Positions 53,984 to 64,000 of a DNA stretch of 64,000 bases are shown in pieces. A program made the translations under genes and the position numbers. Every line of letters begins with the position of its first letter. The stretch's first letter is position 1. Where the stretch lies: NCBI GenBank assembly GCA_973895155.1, contig OZ316896.1, forward strand, positions 15,312,476 to 15,376,475, read 5' to 3'. The stretch is from Marsupella aquatica. Its lineage: Eukaryota > Plantae > Marchantiophyta. The notes beneath the pieces were generated by a model, which saw nothing but the letters and a program-made list of their open reading frames with translations, made no database searches and was not told where the DNA came from.

Positions 53984-56900
53984 ATGGGGGAGGCTGATGG
54001 TGGTCATTCTAAGTCCTCTCAGCCTTCGTTCGCTGGTTCAGTATACACCCGTCGCGTCACTCGATCGACTACGTCCCTGTCAACTTCCGAAGCTGAATCT
54101 ACACAGCCCTTCCCGAGGTCGAGGAGAGGGAGAATGGACCCTAAGGACGTCTCCATGGGTGAAGTCAGTGACATAGGCTTATCGATGGACGAGGTAATAT
54201 CAAAGCACGCATTGTCGTTCGGGAAGGATTTTCAAGGATTCGATATGGAGCCACCTCGAATTCCTCTTTGTAGATTGCTCCCCATGGAGGTTGTTCGAAC
54301 CTTACAGAAAGAAAGTGCATCGATCGAGAAGTTGAAAGAATCATTCCGTGTCACCGGGTACAACTCGCGCATTGGGATGCCTTTCTACGTTCAGCCTGCA
54401 AATGCCGATGGGGTACGCGAGATCCGGGACTCTTGGGATCCAATCTGGGTCGCAGAGAACGACAAGTTTGAGGAAGAGTGTGATGCGGACCCAGCGTTCC
54501 ATATTCTAAAAGATACAATGTTTTGTGTGTTTGACGGAAATCATCGATTGTACTCGTGGTCAATCGTCACGAGGGAGAATCCGGACAACTTGAAGTATCA
54601 TCCTCGTGTGATTTGCGTCATTTTCAATGGTGACAGAGGTTTGCTAGTTGAGCTCGAGGCGGCAATGCACACCGTGAACCTGTAAGTTCTATTCGTTAAC
54701 TGTTGTTACCCCTGTCATTCATTTTGGACCAAACATGCTTTGCGAAAGTGTTCATTCCCCAATTTTTGCTAGCGCCCGGCGCTACTAATTCCTTTTCATT
54801 GCATCCAAGCTTGGACAAGCAGTTGTCAAGCCTTCCTAGATTCTTGACGCGGACAGAATTTCCTGAATTCTGTCGCGTGATCTTGATCACTATAAGCCAC
54901 TCATCAACAGCGCGAACATGGCAAAGTTTGAGGCGATCCAAAAGAAGACGAGAAAGGGGTCTTGGTTTACACATAAAATGCCACAGGATGCTCTCATCTA
55001 CATTCTGTGTGTGGACAAAATCAAGTCTTACTCAAATCAATTTAAGTCTGATATGGCTTTAGCCAAAGCTCAAGGGGCTTCTTGGTCAGAAGAGGAGACC
55101 ACAAAGAGGCATGAGGCAATGATGAAGGAGGCGACCAAAGATTGGTCGATCAAAGTGACGAAGATCACCCCTTTACTTCATCCGAATTTTGGAGATTATT
55201 TGGGAACCTGTGCTGAGATGTATCCCGTAACTGAGAAGAACAAACGGGAGAAGAAGCCAGACACAGTTGTATGCACAATGGATCGAGCCAGGTTGTTTAC
55301 TGCTATTTCATACCTAGATCCAAAATTGAGGTGCACCCTTCTAGTAGCCCACTGCACTCCCGAGATTCGGAAACAGTTTTTCCATCCTGAAAGTGTCAAC
55401 GACGAGCCTGTGAAGCAGTGGTGCCATACATGGCATACTTGGAATTCTGTGGAGGGAATTGCAACTGGAATGCTTCACACTTCCTTCAAACAGATTTCTG
55501 ACCGGATGCCGGCTGACCGTCTCACAAAGTCTGGGTGTGAGTCAATGGAGGCCATGCTTAAGATCATTCTCGATGAATTCAGAAACGTTGGGGATCTTGT
55601 CAAGGCAAAATTCTTCAACAACTTGTGGCCTTCCAAATATGCGGACAAGGAACATTACACAAAGCGGAACCGGAAGAGAGCCAAACGATATCTATACCAG
55701 TTTTACATGTGGACGGAGCTTAGATCTCCTGACACTCTGTGGGCATACCCGACTGCATTTCAGAAATGGGTGTCTATCGAAGAGGGAGACGCTCTTGCCG
55801 ACCTTTATTCGATGTACCAGCGGAGGGAAAGTTTCCACCACGTTCATTATCGGAGTGGGAGAGACTTCACTGTCCGTGGTACCTCGACACAGACAAATGG
55901 GATTTACCATTCGACGAAGCTGAGAAGGATGCCTTCATGAAGTTGTAGGAGTCCCAGATCCCTGCCAACTATGTGTCTGCAATGAAGCAAGGTCTCCAGT
56001 CTGATGTTGACAAATCTGCATCTGAGTTACAGAAGAATTGTGAGTCTCTTGTCATGCACGTTGACCGAAGCCGTAAGCCAAGAGCAAAGGCGAAGAATGA
56101 GTCAGCTGCACCAAGTGACTCCACAAGGTCCTTCAAGAAAAGTGAGTAGTCTAAGCGCTTTTTGGTTACTTGTTGGCGCTGCTTATGCAGGAGTTTCATT
56201 AGGAAATTCCTTTGATTAATAGCGCCTGGCGCTAGTCTGAAAGGTTGGACTCATTCAAGTTTCTGTGCCTAACAGGAGGTTAAAAGTCTGACACGGAGGT
56301 CCCGGCTGCCGAAGGGAAGAATGATGCAACTCCTCAGGCATCGGAGGCAAACACTGGAGCTCAAGAAACCCCGGATCAAGGGATCCCGGATGGTGCTGGC
56401 AAATCCATTGTCCCTCTTGACGCAACTAGCACGAAGAAAAAGAAAAAGAGAGGCGCCGGTGAGGACAGAGCAACATCATCTACTCGAGACGTTATTTCCT
56501 GTCGACTCTAGAGAGATGTCGGGAATTTTAAGCGAAGGTGTTCTAGACACTGTTTTGTGGAGTCCAATTTAAACGAATTTTACGATTTGGTATTTAACAA
56601 GGGGATGAAGCCCATGTGGGTTACTAAAGTTGAGGCCTAGGGAAAGGAATTGGTAAAGTCAGGAGACAGAGAGAAGGGAGTAATGCGTGGCGGAAAAGAG
56701 AGGGGCTTTGGTGTGGATGCTGGTTTCATCTACATTCCCACTGGATTAAAACCAACACTTCTTGATCGGAAGGTTCCCAAGTGGAACCTTCAGGATTACA
56801 CTATTCCCAGCTCTTTCTTCCGAGCCATGGAGCCGTTCCTTGCAGACAATGGCCTACTTGCAATTTTACACAGAGGAGACTATGATCAGGTATCTGAAGT

Positions 56901-57729
56901 GATTGCGGCTTGCCAGGATTCTAAGTGTTTCCAGTGTATTTCAACCCACCATGTGGTCATGACTACACCAATGTATAGGCCCCGATCTAATACTCAGGTA
57001 ACAATTCCTCTTGCACATACTAGCGCCCGACGCTACTATCAGCATTCGCAATATCTACAATTCACTTATCTTTCGTAAGGATGAATGGTTGACTAGCGCC
57101 AAGCGCTAATATATGTGTCTGTTTTCTTATACTGCCTTCATTGGGAAACTGTGTTGCAGATATTCACACTTACTCTTAATATATTTTGCCGCATTTCGAC
57201 AAAGGGAAGGGTCCCGAAAGACCCCAAGTTCTGGCCACTATCGAATGAAGAAGACCCTTCCGTCACTAACATTATTGGGTTTTCGTTGCCGCGACATGAC
57301 CCGACTCCTGAGCTCCAATTTGCAGGAAATTCACAATTGCCTGTGGGTTTCATGCAAACTATTTTGGAATTGGTGACTCTTCCTGGAGATATCGTTATGG
57401 ACTGGACAGTAGGTTCCGGTAGTACGTTTGTGGCTAGAGATTATTCTGGTCGCTTTGTTGTTGGGCTGGAAAATCGGCCAGAGTTTGTTGATACTTCCGG
57501 TAAGGTCTTCCTCGATCTTTTACAGAACAAAGAAGTGGTTGCACCAACTCCTCCTAAGAAGATTCCTGGAAGTAAGAAGCAGGACAGGCTCCGTGCTATT
57601 CTAAATTTTGATTCGGAAGACGAGGATGAGGGTGGCAATGCTTCTCAGCAATCTGAAGATGATGAGGTGTCGAACAATGTGGTGGACCTTGGATCTGGAG
57701 ATGAGGACAGTGAAGAGTCAGAAGAGTAA
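53984..57729 (+). pseudogene. Spliced gene: N-terminal ParB/sulfiredoxin-like domain fused to a C-terminal beta-class N4C/N6A DNA methyltransferase-like domain, disrupted
   Basis: Exon 1 has IEKLKESF..GY and VFDGNHRLYSW (ParB-like DGxHR). GT-AG introns at 54682-54910, ~56142-56276 and 56998-57159; the first and last were checked in frame. C-terminal VDAGFIYIPTG...FLADNGLL...QLPVGFMQTILELVTLPGDIVMDWTVGSGSTFVA..SGRFVVGLE follows motif order IV..X-I-II. A frameshift (~55.8 kb) and stops are present. Confidence 0.8.
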
Positions 57730-58597
57730 TTTTCTTTAGCTTTCTTTCTCTCATTGTATACTTTTTTCCAAAGAACTCCTCTACTCCCTTTTGTCTAGAA
57801 AATTTTCCCGATTTCCCGACTTCGACTAAAGAACTCCAGTTCAAATTCTCAGGTCAGAGTGGAATCTTCGGAGGCATTTTCAACTTCGAAGGAACGTCTC
57901 TAGGAACGTTGTACAGACCCCGGAGAAGCCATTTGTTCTCCCCTCTTATGCTGAAAAGGCGGCACGACGGGCAGATTCAGTCAGGACGCTTACTTGGGAG
58001 AGTAAGGGTCTTAGACTCCGGAGAGGCTCAGATAGAAAGTTTGTGCAGAATCACTTCGTAGATGATATTGCAAAATCCAAGTATGTGGACGACAAAGCAG
58101 AGTCCACTAATAGATCAGAAAGTAGCGGTTCTAAATCGGGCTCAGAGTCGAGTGGTGGTTGTGGATCTGGTCTTTAGTTTTCCTTGTTTTATTTACCCAT
58201 TTATGGAGAACGACGACACTCAATAAGAACGCCGTGACGTGTCGGATTAGACTAGCGCCCGGTGCTATTACTGTAGCCGGTAGTTCAAAGAGGTTTTTAT
58301 TTGGTTGTTTTCCTTATAGCGCCCGACGCTAGTATAAATGTACTCAATGGCCGCTTCACGTCCAATACATGTGACAATATTTTCATACCCTTCGGTGTCT
58401 TTTTTTGGGTGCACATTTGTTGGTATGAGTTTTGCTGTTTGTTGTTTGTTGTTTACTGTTTGCTGTTTGCTGTCACGGAGAGATCCCCCTGGAGAAAGCA
58501 TATGTGGAGAAAACGTATGTGGAGAAAACGTATGCGCAGAAAAAAAGTTTGGAGCCATTTGGGGCTCCCACCTCAAAGCTGAACTTTAAGTTCAGCC

Positions 58598-58712
58598 AAT
58601 AATAGTTTGTACCTTAATTTGAAAGAAAAAGTACCAATTTACTAAAATTATTCTTTATTATGTCACCTTCGGACTGAGAAAAATTAATAACTTGCCCCCT
58701 AAACTAGTTTTG
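58598..58712 (+). mobile_element. Mutator/MITE-type terminal repeat, copy 2, truncated on both sides
   Basis: Direct homolog of 38389-38505. It abuts the transposon hairpin on the left and the LINE poly(T) on the right. Confidence 0.65.
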
Positions 58713-60410
58713 TTTTTTTTTAATTAAAATTTATTCCGCGTGAACCCCACGGATGGGGGAAGCAGCAGGCCAGAAGGCAAAATAAGGGGGGCAACAAGGA
58801 AAGTGACACCACAGCCGGTCAAAGTCGAACCATGCGCAGTGGCACAAAGCAAGACAGAGTTAAGACCGGGATTCTAAGTAAGACACAGTAGGTCAATAGA
58901 GCACTAAACCCACTGAGTGATTGGGGCCCTAACGAGTACAGTATTCCACTAGGCAAAACTAACAAGTAATCAACCATAGCTACATCTGCAATTACTGTGG
59001 GCAGGCAGAACCGGACTCAGATTTATGGGTCTGGTAGTATTACAGGTATTCCAGTGCCAACCCGATTTAACCTACACAGCACAATCAGACAGAGAATAGA
59101 CGTCTCACTTTGCTCCTGATAATCCTAATCTGTTCCTGCACTAGAGTATGCTTAGCCTGTGTGATCCTAGAAAGCTTATTTTTTGAACTAGTAGCAGTCG
59201 CCACTGCAGTATGGTGATCCAATGTTTCAGAGATGATCGGTATCTGATCAAAAACCCTTTTTTTGGACAGATCAAACGTCTGATCATTACGTGCATTCCA
59301 AATAGCCCACAGAATCTGATAAATCAAAAAGAGACGAAGTGTGCTCCAAGGGTTCTTCTCAAGCGATAAGAGGATTAACTCTACCAGATTCCGATGTGGT
59401 TGTATGATAGTACCATTTAACCAGGTCTGAGCTTCCAACCAACATCTCTGTGCATGTCTGCAGTTAGTGAATAGGCGGGGGATAGTCTCAATTCTCCCAG
59501 AGCATAAAATGCAAATTCCATCCGACTTGGCAATTCTCACTGCTCTGGATCCAGAGAACAGTCCCTGCGCCAGAACCCGCCATAAAAAAGTTTTTGCTCT
59601 AGTGGACAGATCTGCCGTCCAGATAGTCAACCAAATTTTGCTCCATTCTTCATCAGTATGGCTTACTTCCCATATTCTGTTCAGCCTGAGGTGGTCCGTT
59701 CCTTTAGGTCGCAGCATTTCGTAAACCCGCCAGTTTGGTAGGCCAAACTGTCTCATCCGTGTGTCCTTGTCAAGCCATTGCCATTGACAAGCGAGGGTAT
59801 CAAATCCACTTCCATGGAAAGCAGTACCATGTACCAACCTGATCAGTGAAAGACATAAGTTTTGATCTCCATCGATAATGCCTCTCAAGCGGTTCAGCCT
59901 GGTATCCAAGTGTCTCCAATCATCCCCAGCAAGGGACCAAAAGTCCCCCACCCTCCTGATTCCTAAGCTGCCACAAAGCCGGGTCAATGACACAATGGAT
60001 GCTTCAGGCAAATCATAAAAATCCTGAGAGCACCGGAGTAGATCCTCCAAAATCCAGTGTCCCGGGATCGCCTCAACACCAGGATGGAAGATCAGGTTTT
60101 CCCTAGCCAGTGCCCAAGCACCCCATAGTTGCCCTGTATAAGACAATTTCCCAAAAGATTGTGGTGAACCCAACAACATTAGATCTGTCATAGAATAGTG
60201 GTTCCTGCACACAGATCTGTAGTTTCTCCATTTTGTCAGTCGCAAGTTAACAGCAAATAGTTTAGCCCATTCAGTCTCCGGATTATCCAGAGCCCCGGTG
60301 AACCACTTACAGAGGAGTGCATCTGAATGACTCCTAAAGTCCTTCAGGCCAAGTCCGCCATCAACCTTGGGCCTGCACAATTTATCCCACGCCACCAGGG
60401 GTATTGTGAT
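58708..60410 (-). mobile_element. 5'-truncated L1-like LINE (ORF2 C-terminus, 3' UTR, poly(A))
   Basis: IPLVAWDKLCRPKVDGGLGLKDF, KTFLWRVLAQGL, CILC..ETIPRLFTNC (zf-RVT), LWAIWNARN; stop at 59085; plus-strand T-tract at 58708-58721. Confidence 0.9.
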
Positions 60411-60519
60411 GCCTAGACAGGAATCACTCGGCCGGTTAAGTGGGTAAAGCAGGAAGGCACCCTTGGAACACCTTAGTATAGTGACAAAACAAGGAAAATA
60501 TAAACAATTAGGGGCAACC

Positions 60520-62145
60520 ATGGAACCCGGGCCGAGGCCGGAGGTAAGGCTGAGGGTGAAAACCCGATTAGGGTTAGGGCGCGCTAAGCGTCAGCGGCTA
60601 GGAAGGATCAACGGGAAGAAGGACCGGCAGAGGAGAGGGGTAAGGAGCGCTTGCAGGAGATGGTGGCTCATTTGCGAGCACGAACTAGGCAGACGACTAC
60701 GGGAGGCCAACTACTGTCAGCTGCTTAGGCAAGCACTCGGGGAGAGAGTAGATACCGACGATCAACCTAAGGAGGGTATGAGCAACGTCAATCAAGCGGC
60801 ACATTTCTGGGGATGCCTGTTCGAACGGGCAACTGACTACATCAAGACTTACGAGGACGAGGAATCAGAAAGGGCAGCTCGAGAACGGCAGGAGCTCGCT
60901 CGATTGTGGGAGCTGCAGAAGACGGCTTTCTTAGGAGGCGAACTCATCAAGGACAAGTTCCTGTGGACGCCTACTTCCAATCAACTCGACGATCTTCTGT
61001 TTTGCAAAGACAGCGTCGTCGGCATCCGAGAGGCCATCAAGAACTGCAACGACATACACTGGGAATTAAAGGGTAGCACGGAAAGGTGGACCCAGGCAAC
61101 GGTGCTAGGAGAAACCTCCACGGCAGCAGAGATGAAGAGGAAGGGAGCCGTCAACGATGAAGCCACCCCGGCAAAAAGAACGAGGTCGGCGGCACCAAAG
61201 AAGCCAGCCGAGCAGCAGAGCAGGAGGCAGGGAGAAGCCGAAGAGGAGGAGGTCGATCCCATCAAGGCCATTCCAACCAGGGATGACACCTGGAAGGGCT
61301 GGGCGGCAACCCTACCGGTGGAGGTGCAACTACATTTTGCACGGGAGGAGGATGCATGCTTTACGGCCATGCAGACCAAGAAGTACCAAGGCTTCATGGC
61401 CGGATCCGGCTTGGAGGCCTTTGTAAGATTACCATGGCTGAAGCCGGAGGTACCGGAGTCAGACCTATTAGAATTCGTGGGGTCATGGGAACCCGAGACC
61501 AATTGCACGAGGATATATGGGAGGGATTTCTATCTTACTCCCAAGGTAATTGCCGAAGTGTTTGGCCTGCCGATAGGCAATAAGACCAAAGTTGATACCA
61601 GGAAGACCTTGCCTGACAAGGAGTTCCGGTCGTTCCCCGGGCCATCAACGAAGAATGGCTTCTTCCGGAACACCTGCACCAACCCGCACATAGGAGAGAT
61701 GATCGACTTCTTGCGGGTGACCATGCATTGTAACTTGCCGAGGGCAGAGATCGGCAAGGCACAGGTCTATCTGGCAGAAAGGCCAGACCCAAGCCGGGAC
61801 TACAACGGGTACCTCCTCAACCAATTGAAGAAGATCTTAAAGGAGGAGCAGCAGGTAATCGGCATGGGGAGCGTGTCGCGGCTTGGCTATCACATGCCGC
61901 TGTTGTGCCGGTATGCCAGAGGTCAGACTTTTGCCCCGGTACTTCCCCTGCAGGTAAGGGCACCCGAGGAAGCTCCAACGCCGAGGCCGTTGGCTGAGAA
62001 GCCTCAACCACCTGTTAGTCCTACGATCGAGCAGGTGTTTAGGCCCAGGAAGGAAGACTTGCCGATGCAGCAACCAGGCATGCAGAGTCTGCTGAAACTA
62101 CTGGAGAAAGAAAAGAAGGTGGACCTAGTCAGGCCCGCCTACTGA
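60520..62145 (+). CDS. Transposon accessory protein with a plant-mobile-domain-like region
   Basis: Intronless ~540-aa ORF. GLEAFVRLPW...LLEFVGSW....IYGRDFYLTPKVIAEVFGLP resembles PMD / plant transposon protein domains. Confidence 0.55.
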   Translation: MEPGPRPEVRLRVKTRLGLGRAKRQRLGRINGKKDRQRRGVRSACRRWWLICEHELGRRLREANYCQLLRQALGERVDTDDQPKEGMSNVNQAAHFWGCLFERATDYIKTYEDEESERAARERQELARLWELQKTAFLGGELIKDKFLWTPTSNQLDDLLFCKDSVVGIREAIKNCNDIHWELKGSTERWTQATVLGETSTAAEMKRKGAVNDEATPAKRTRSAAPKKPAEQQSRRQGEAEEEEVDPIKAIPTRDDTWKGWAATLPVEVQLHFAREEDACFTAMQTKKYQGFMAGSGLEAFVRLPWLKPEVPESDLLEFVGSWEPETNCTRIYGRDFYLTPKVIAEVFGLPIGNKTKVDTRKTLPDKEFRSFPGPSTKNGFFRNTCTNPHIGEMIDFLRVTMHCNLPRAEIGKAQVYLAERPDPSRDYNGYLLNQLKKILKEEQQVIGMGSVSRLGYHMPLLCRYARGQTFAPVLPLQVRAPEEAPTPRPLAEKPQPPVSPTIEQVFRPRKEDLPMQQPGMQSLLKLLEKEKKVDLVRPAY

Positions 62146-63954
62146 CAGATTACCTGCCCTTGACCGAGTCAACTCTCCATCGGCCTGACTGGGTCCACCT
62201 TCGGCTTCAGCCTCGACACCGGCCTCGACAATACCCACGGCTTCGGCCTCAGCCACTCCCACGGCTTCGGCTTCAGCCACTCCCACGGCTTCGGCCTCCC
62301 CTTCCCCTAGGGTAGTTGGATCTGTAGCCGTGACCCTGTCTGGGGTCGGTGCTGGGTCTACCTCCTTGATCACCACGGCCTGTGAAGTCGTATTACTCCT
62401 TGACCCTGCAGGTTTCCGCTTCTTCTTCGTTGGTGGCTCGGCAGCTGGTCCCTTCCCCTTCCCACTTACTTCCGGCACTGGTGCAGGTGGCGCGGCTTGT
62501 CCTTCGGCAATTACCACCCCTGGTAACTGGTTTGTCCCAACGGGAGATGGACCTGCTGCAGCTAAGCATTTAAATACTGCGGCTTGTTTCTTCAGCCGCT
62601 CTGTTTGGTTGTCGGCCCGCCGCTGTAGGTTCTCCATCTTCCTCGTGATTTCCTCCAACTCCTCTTGGGTTTCATCCAGGTCCTTACGTGCCCCCTCCAG
62701 CTCGTTTTTGGCCTCCTCCTGCTCCCTGTGGGCTTCCTCCAATTCCTTCTTCAAGGTAGCCCTCTCCTCCTAGGTTGCTCTTAGCTCCTTGTCGAGCTCT
62801 GCAATGATGACAGACTCCATCTGGTTCATCTTGGCGTAAGTCTGTTCGAGCATCTCATCCTTCTCCCTTAGGTCGGCCTTGAAGCTGGCCGTCAGGGACG
62901 CAAGCTCCTGCTGCAGCGCCATAATCCCTTGATAGGATTTCCCTAACTCGACCTCCTTCTGCTCAAGGGCTCCGCGGATTTTCTCGAGCTCCCCTTTCAA
63001 CGCCCATTCCTTTCTTTGGGTCTCCGCCATGGCCCGGCTGTTGGCTGTTATGTGGGCCTCCTCTGTATTCTTCAGCTCTTGCTTCCACTTCTCCCTCTCT
63101 TTGATCGTGTCGACCAACTCTTCCTGCGTCTGAGTCAGTTTATCCTTGATATTCTGATTATCAGCCTGCGCGGCGTCCAACTGCCCCTGCATGATGTTCA
63201 GCTCATGTCGTTTAATCCGCAGTTCATCTTGGGCTTTCTTGGCCGCCCTTAGATCTTCAATCTCGGCTTCCATCCTCCTAAGCCGCCGAATGACCTCGTC
63301 CTTCTTGCTTCTCTCTAAAGCCACCGCTTCTTCTAATTGGTGCTTCTCCAACTGCTCCCTATGGAAAAAGGGTCCTACCTCCAACTCCTCTCCAAAGATG
63401 CCGAGCGCAAGTTCCCCACACATCTCACCATACTCCAAGGCTCTATTCTTAGCGTAGGTGGAGTAAGTAGAAGTGATCGGCATCGCCCATCGTGGCCTCT
63501 GCTCCCAAGCCGTCCTGCGGATCTCTTCAATCATGGCTAGAGGTTTGCTTCCTTTTTCGGCTAGCCGCCTGATGTCCTCCGGCCAATCTCCTCCTGGTAA
63601 ATCCTTTTCCTTAGCCAGGGCGGCCTCTTCCTCCTGCTTGATTCGCTCCTGAAATTCCTGCACCGTCTGTTTTATGTCGTCGAAGCTCGGGGGAGCAACA
63701 TCTGGTGGGGGAGACTCAGGGCTACTCTGCTGGTTGGGGTCCCCTCGCACTACCCTTGGAAGTGTGGGGACAAACCGGCCACAGGTCCTTACTCCTGGAA
63801 CGTGATGGTCCGACCCATAGCCGGAATTATCATGGCTGCAGTCCTCCACTGCCTCCTCTACCTCTTGGACGTCCGGCTTCTCCCTCTCCTCTTCGTCGGT
63901 AGGAGCTTCAGGCAATTCTGCCTCAGATTCGGAGCTTGAGGTTCCCACGTACAT
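62125..63954 (-). pseudogene. Coiled-coil, transposon-associated protein with one in-frame stop
   Basis: ORFs 62770-63954 and 62125-62754 share a frame, separated by TAG at 62770-62772. Long E/K/Q heptads and a 21-nt repeat (AEAEAVGV). May continue beyond the window. Confidence 0.55.
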
Positions 63955-64000
63955 TCGAACACCTGGCTTGGATTCCGGCCTGATTCTCTCCTTGTCTCCA

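Larger units (their letters stand above)
49139..58331. promoter_or_regulatory. Dispersed array of 17 15-bp palindromes TAGCGCCNGGCGCTA (candidate protein-binding sites)
   Basis: Starts at 49139, 49242, 49299, 51528, 51593, 51657, 53157, 53233, 53335, 53441, 53581, 54770, 56220, 57021, 57094, 58253 and 58317. The motif is directly visible; its function is inferred. Confidence 0.75.
47548..58597. mobile_element. Large decayed Mutator-like DNA transposon with divergent transposase and ParB-methyltransferase genes
   Basis: Two divergent disrupted genes, 17 shared TAGCGCCNGGCGCTA palindromes seen only in this interval, and subterminal repeats and hairpins at 58.43-58.60 kb. Left terminus not identified. 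Confidence 0.7.

Noticed and set aside
38389-58712. The two ~120-bp direct repeats as ends of one 20-kb element
   Set aside because: No TG..CA termini, PBS/PPT or TSD. Same-orientation copies of a MITE-like end are the simpler explanation.

Overview
Eukaryotic, intron-containing land-plant nuclear DNA, most likely a liverwort: it carries a trnP-sdh3 mitochondrial insert whose protein reads like liverwort Sdh3. All identifications rest on motifs and family features recalled from memory; no searches were run. Host genes: an intronless GT37 fucosyltransferase, a multi-exon MEE13-like coiled-coil gene, SRP9, eIF4A-III, and a spliced ATC-hydrolase-like (PF14196-like) gene that the ORF track shows only in fragments. 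Between them are non-autonomous Helitrons, four solo LTRs of one family, LINE 3' fragments (one joined to a DNA polymerase alpha B-subunit fragment) and MITE-like repeats. The main finding is an ~11 kb decayed element at about 47.5-58.6 kb with two divergent genes. One encodes a Mutator-like transposase (zinc finger, MULE core, SWIM). The other is a spliced gene joining a ParB-like domain to a prokaryote-type beta-class N4C/N6A DNA methyltransferase domain. Seventeen copies of the 15-bp palindrome TAGCGCCNGGCGCTA lie only in the introns, intergenic and subterminal DNA of this element, resembling a parS-like binding-site array.
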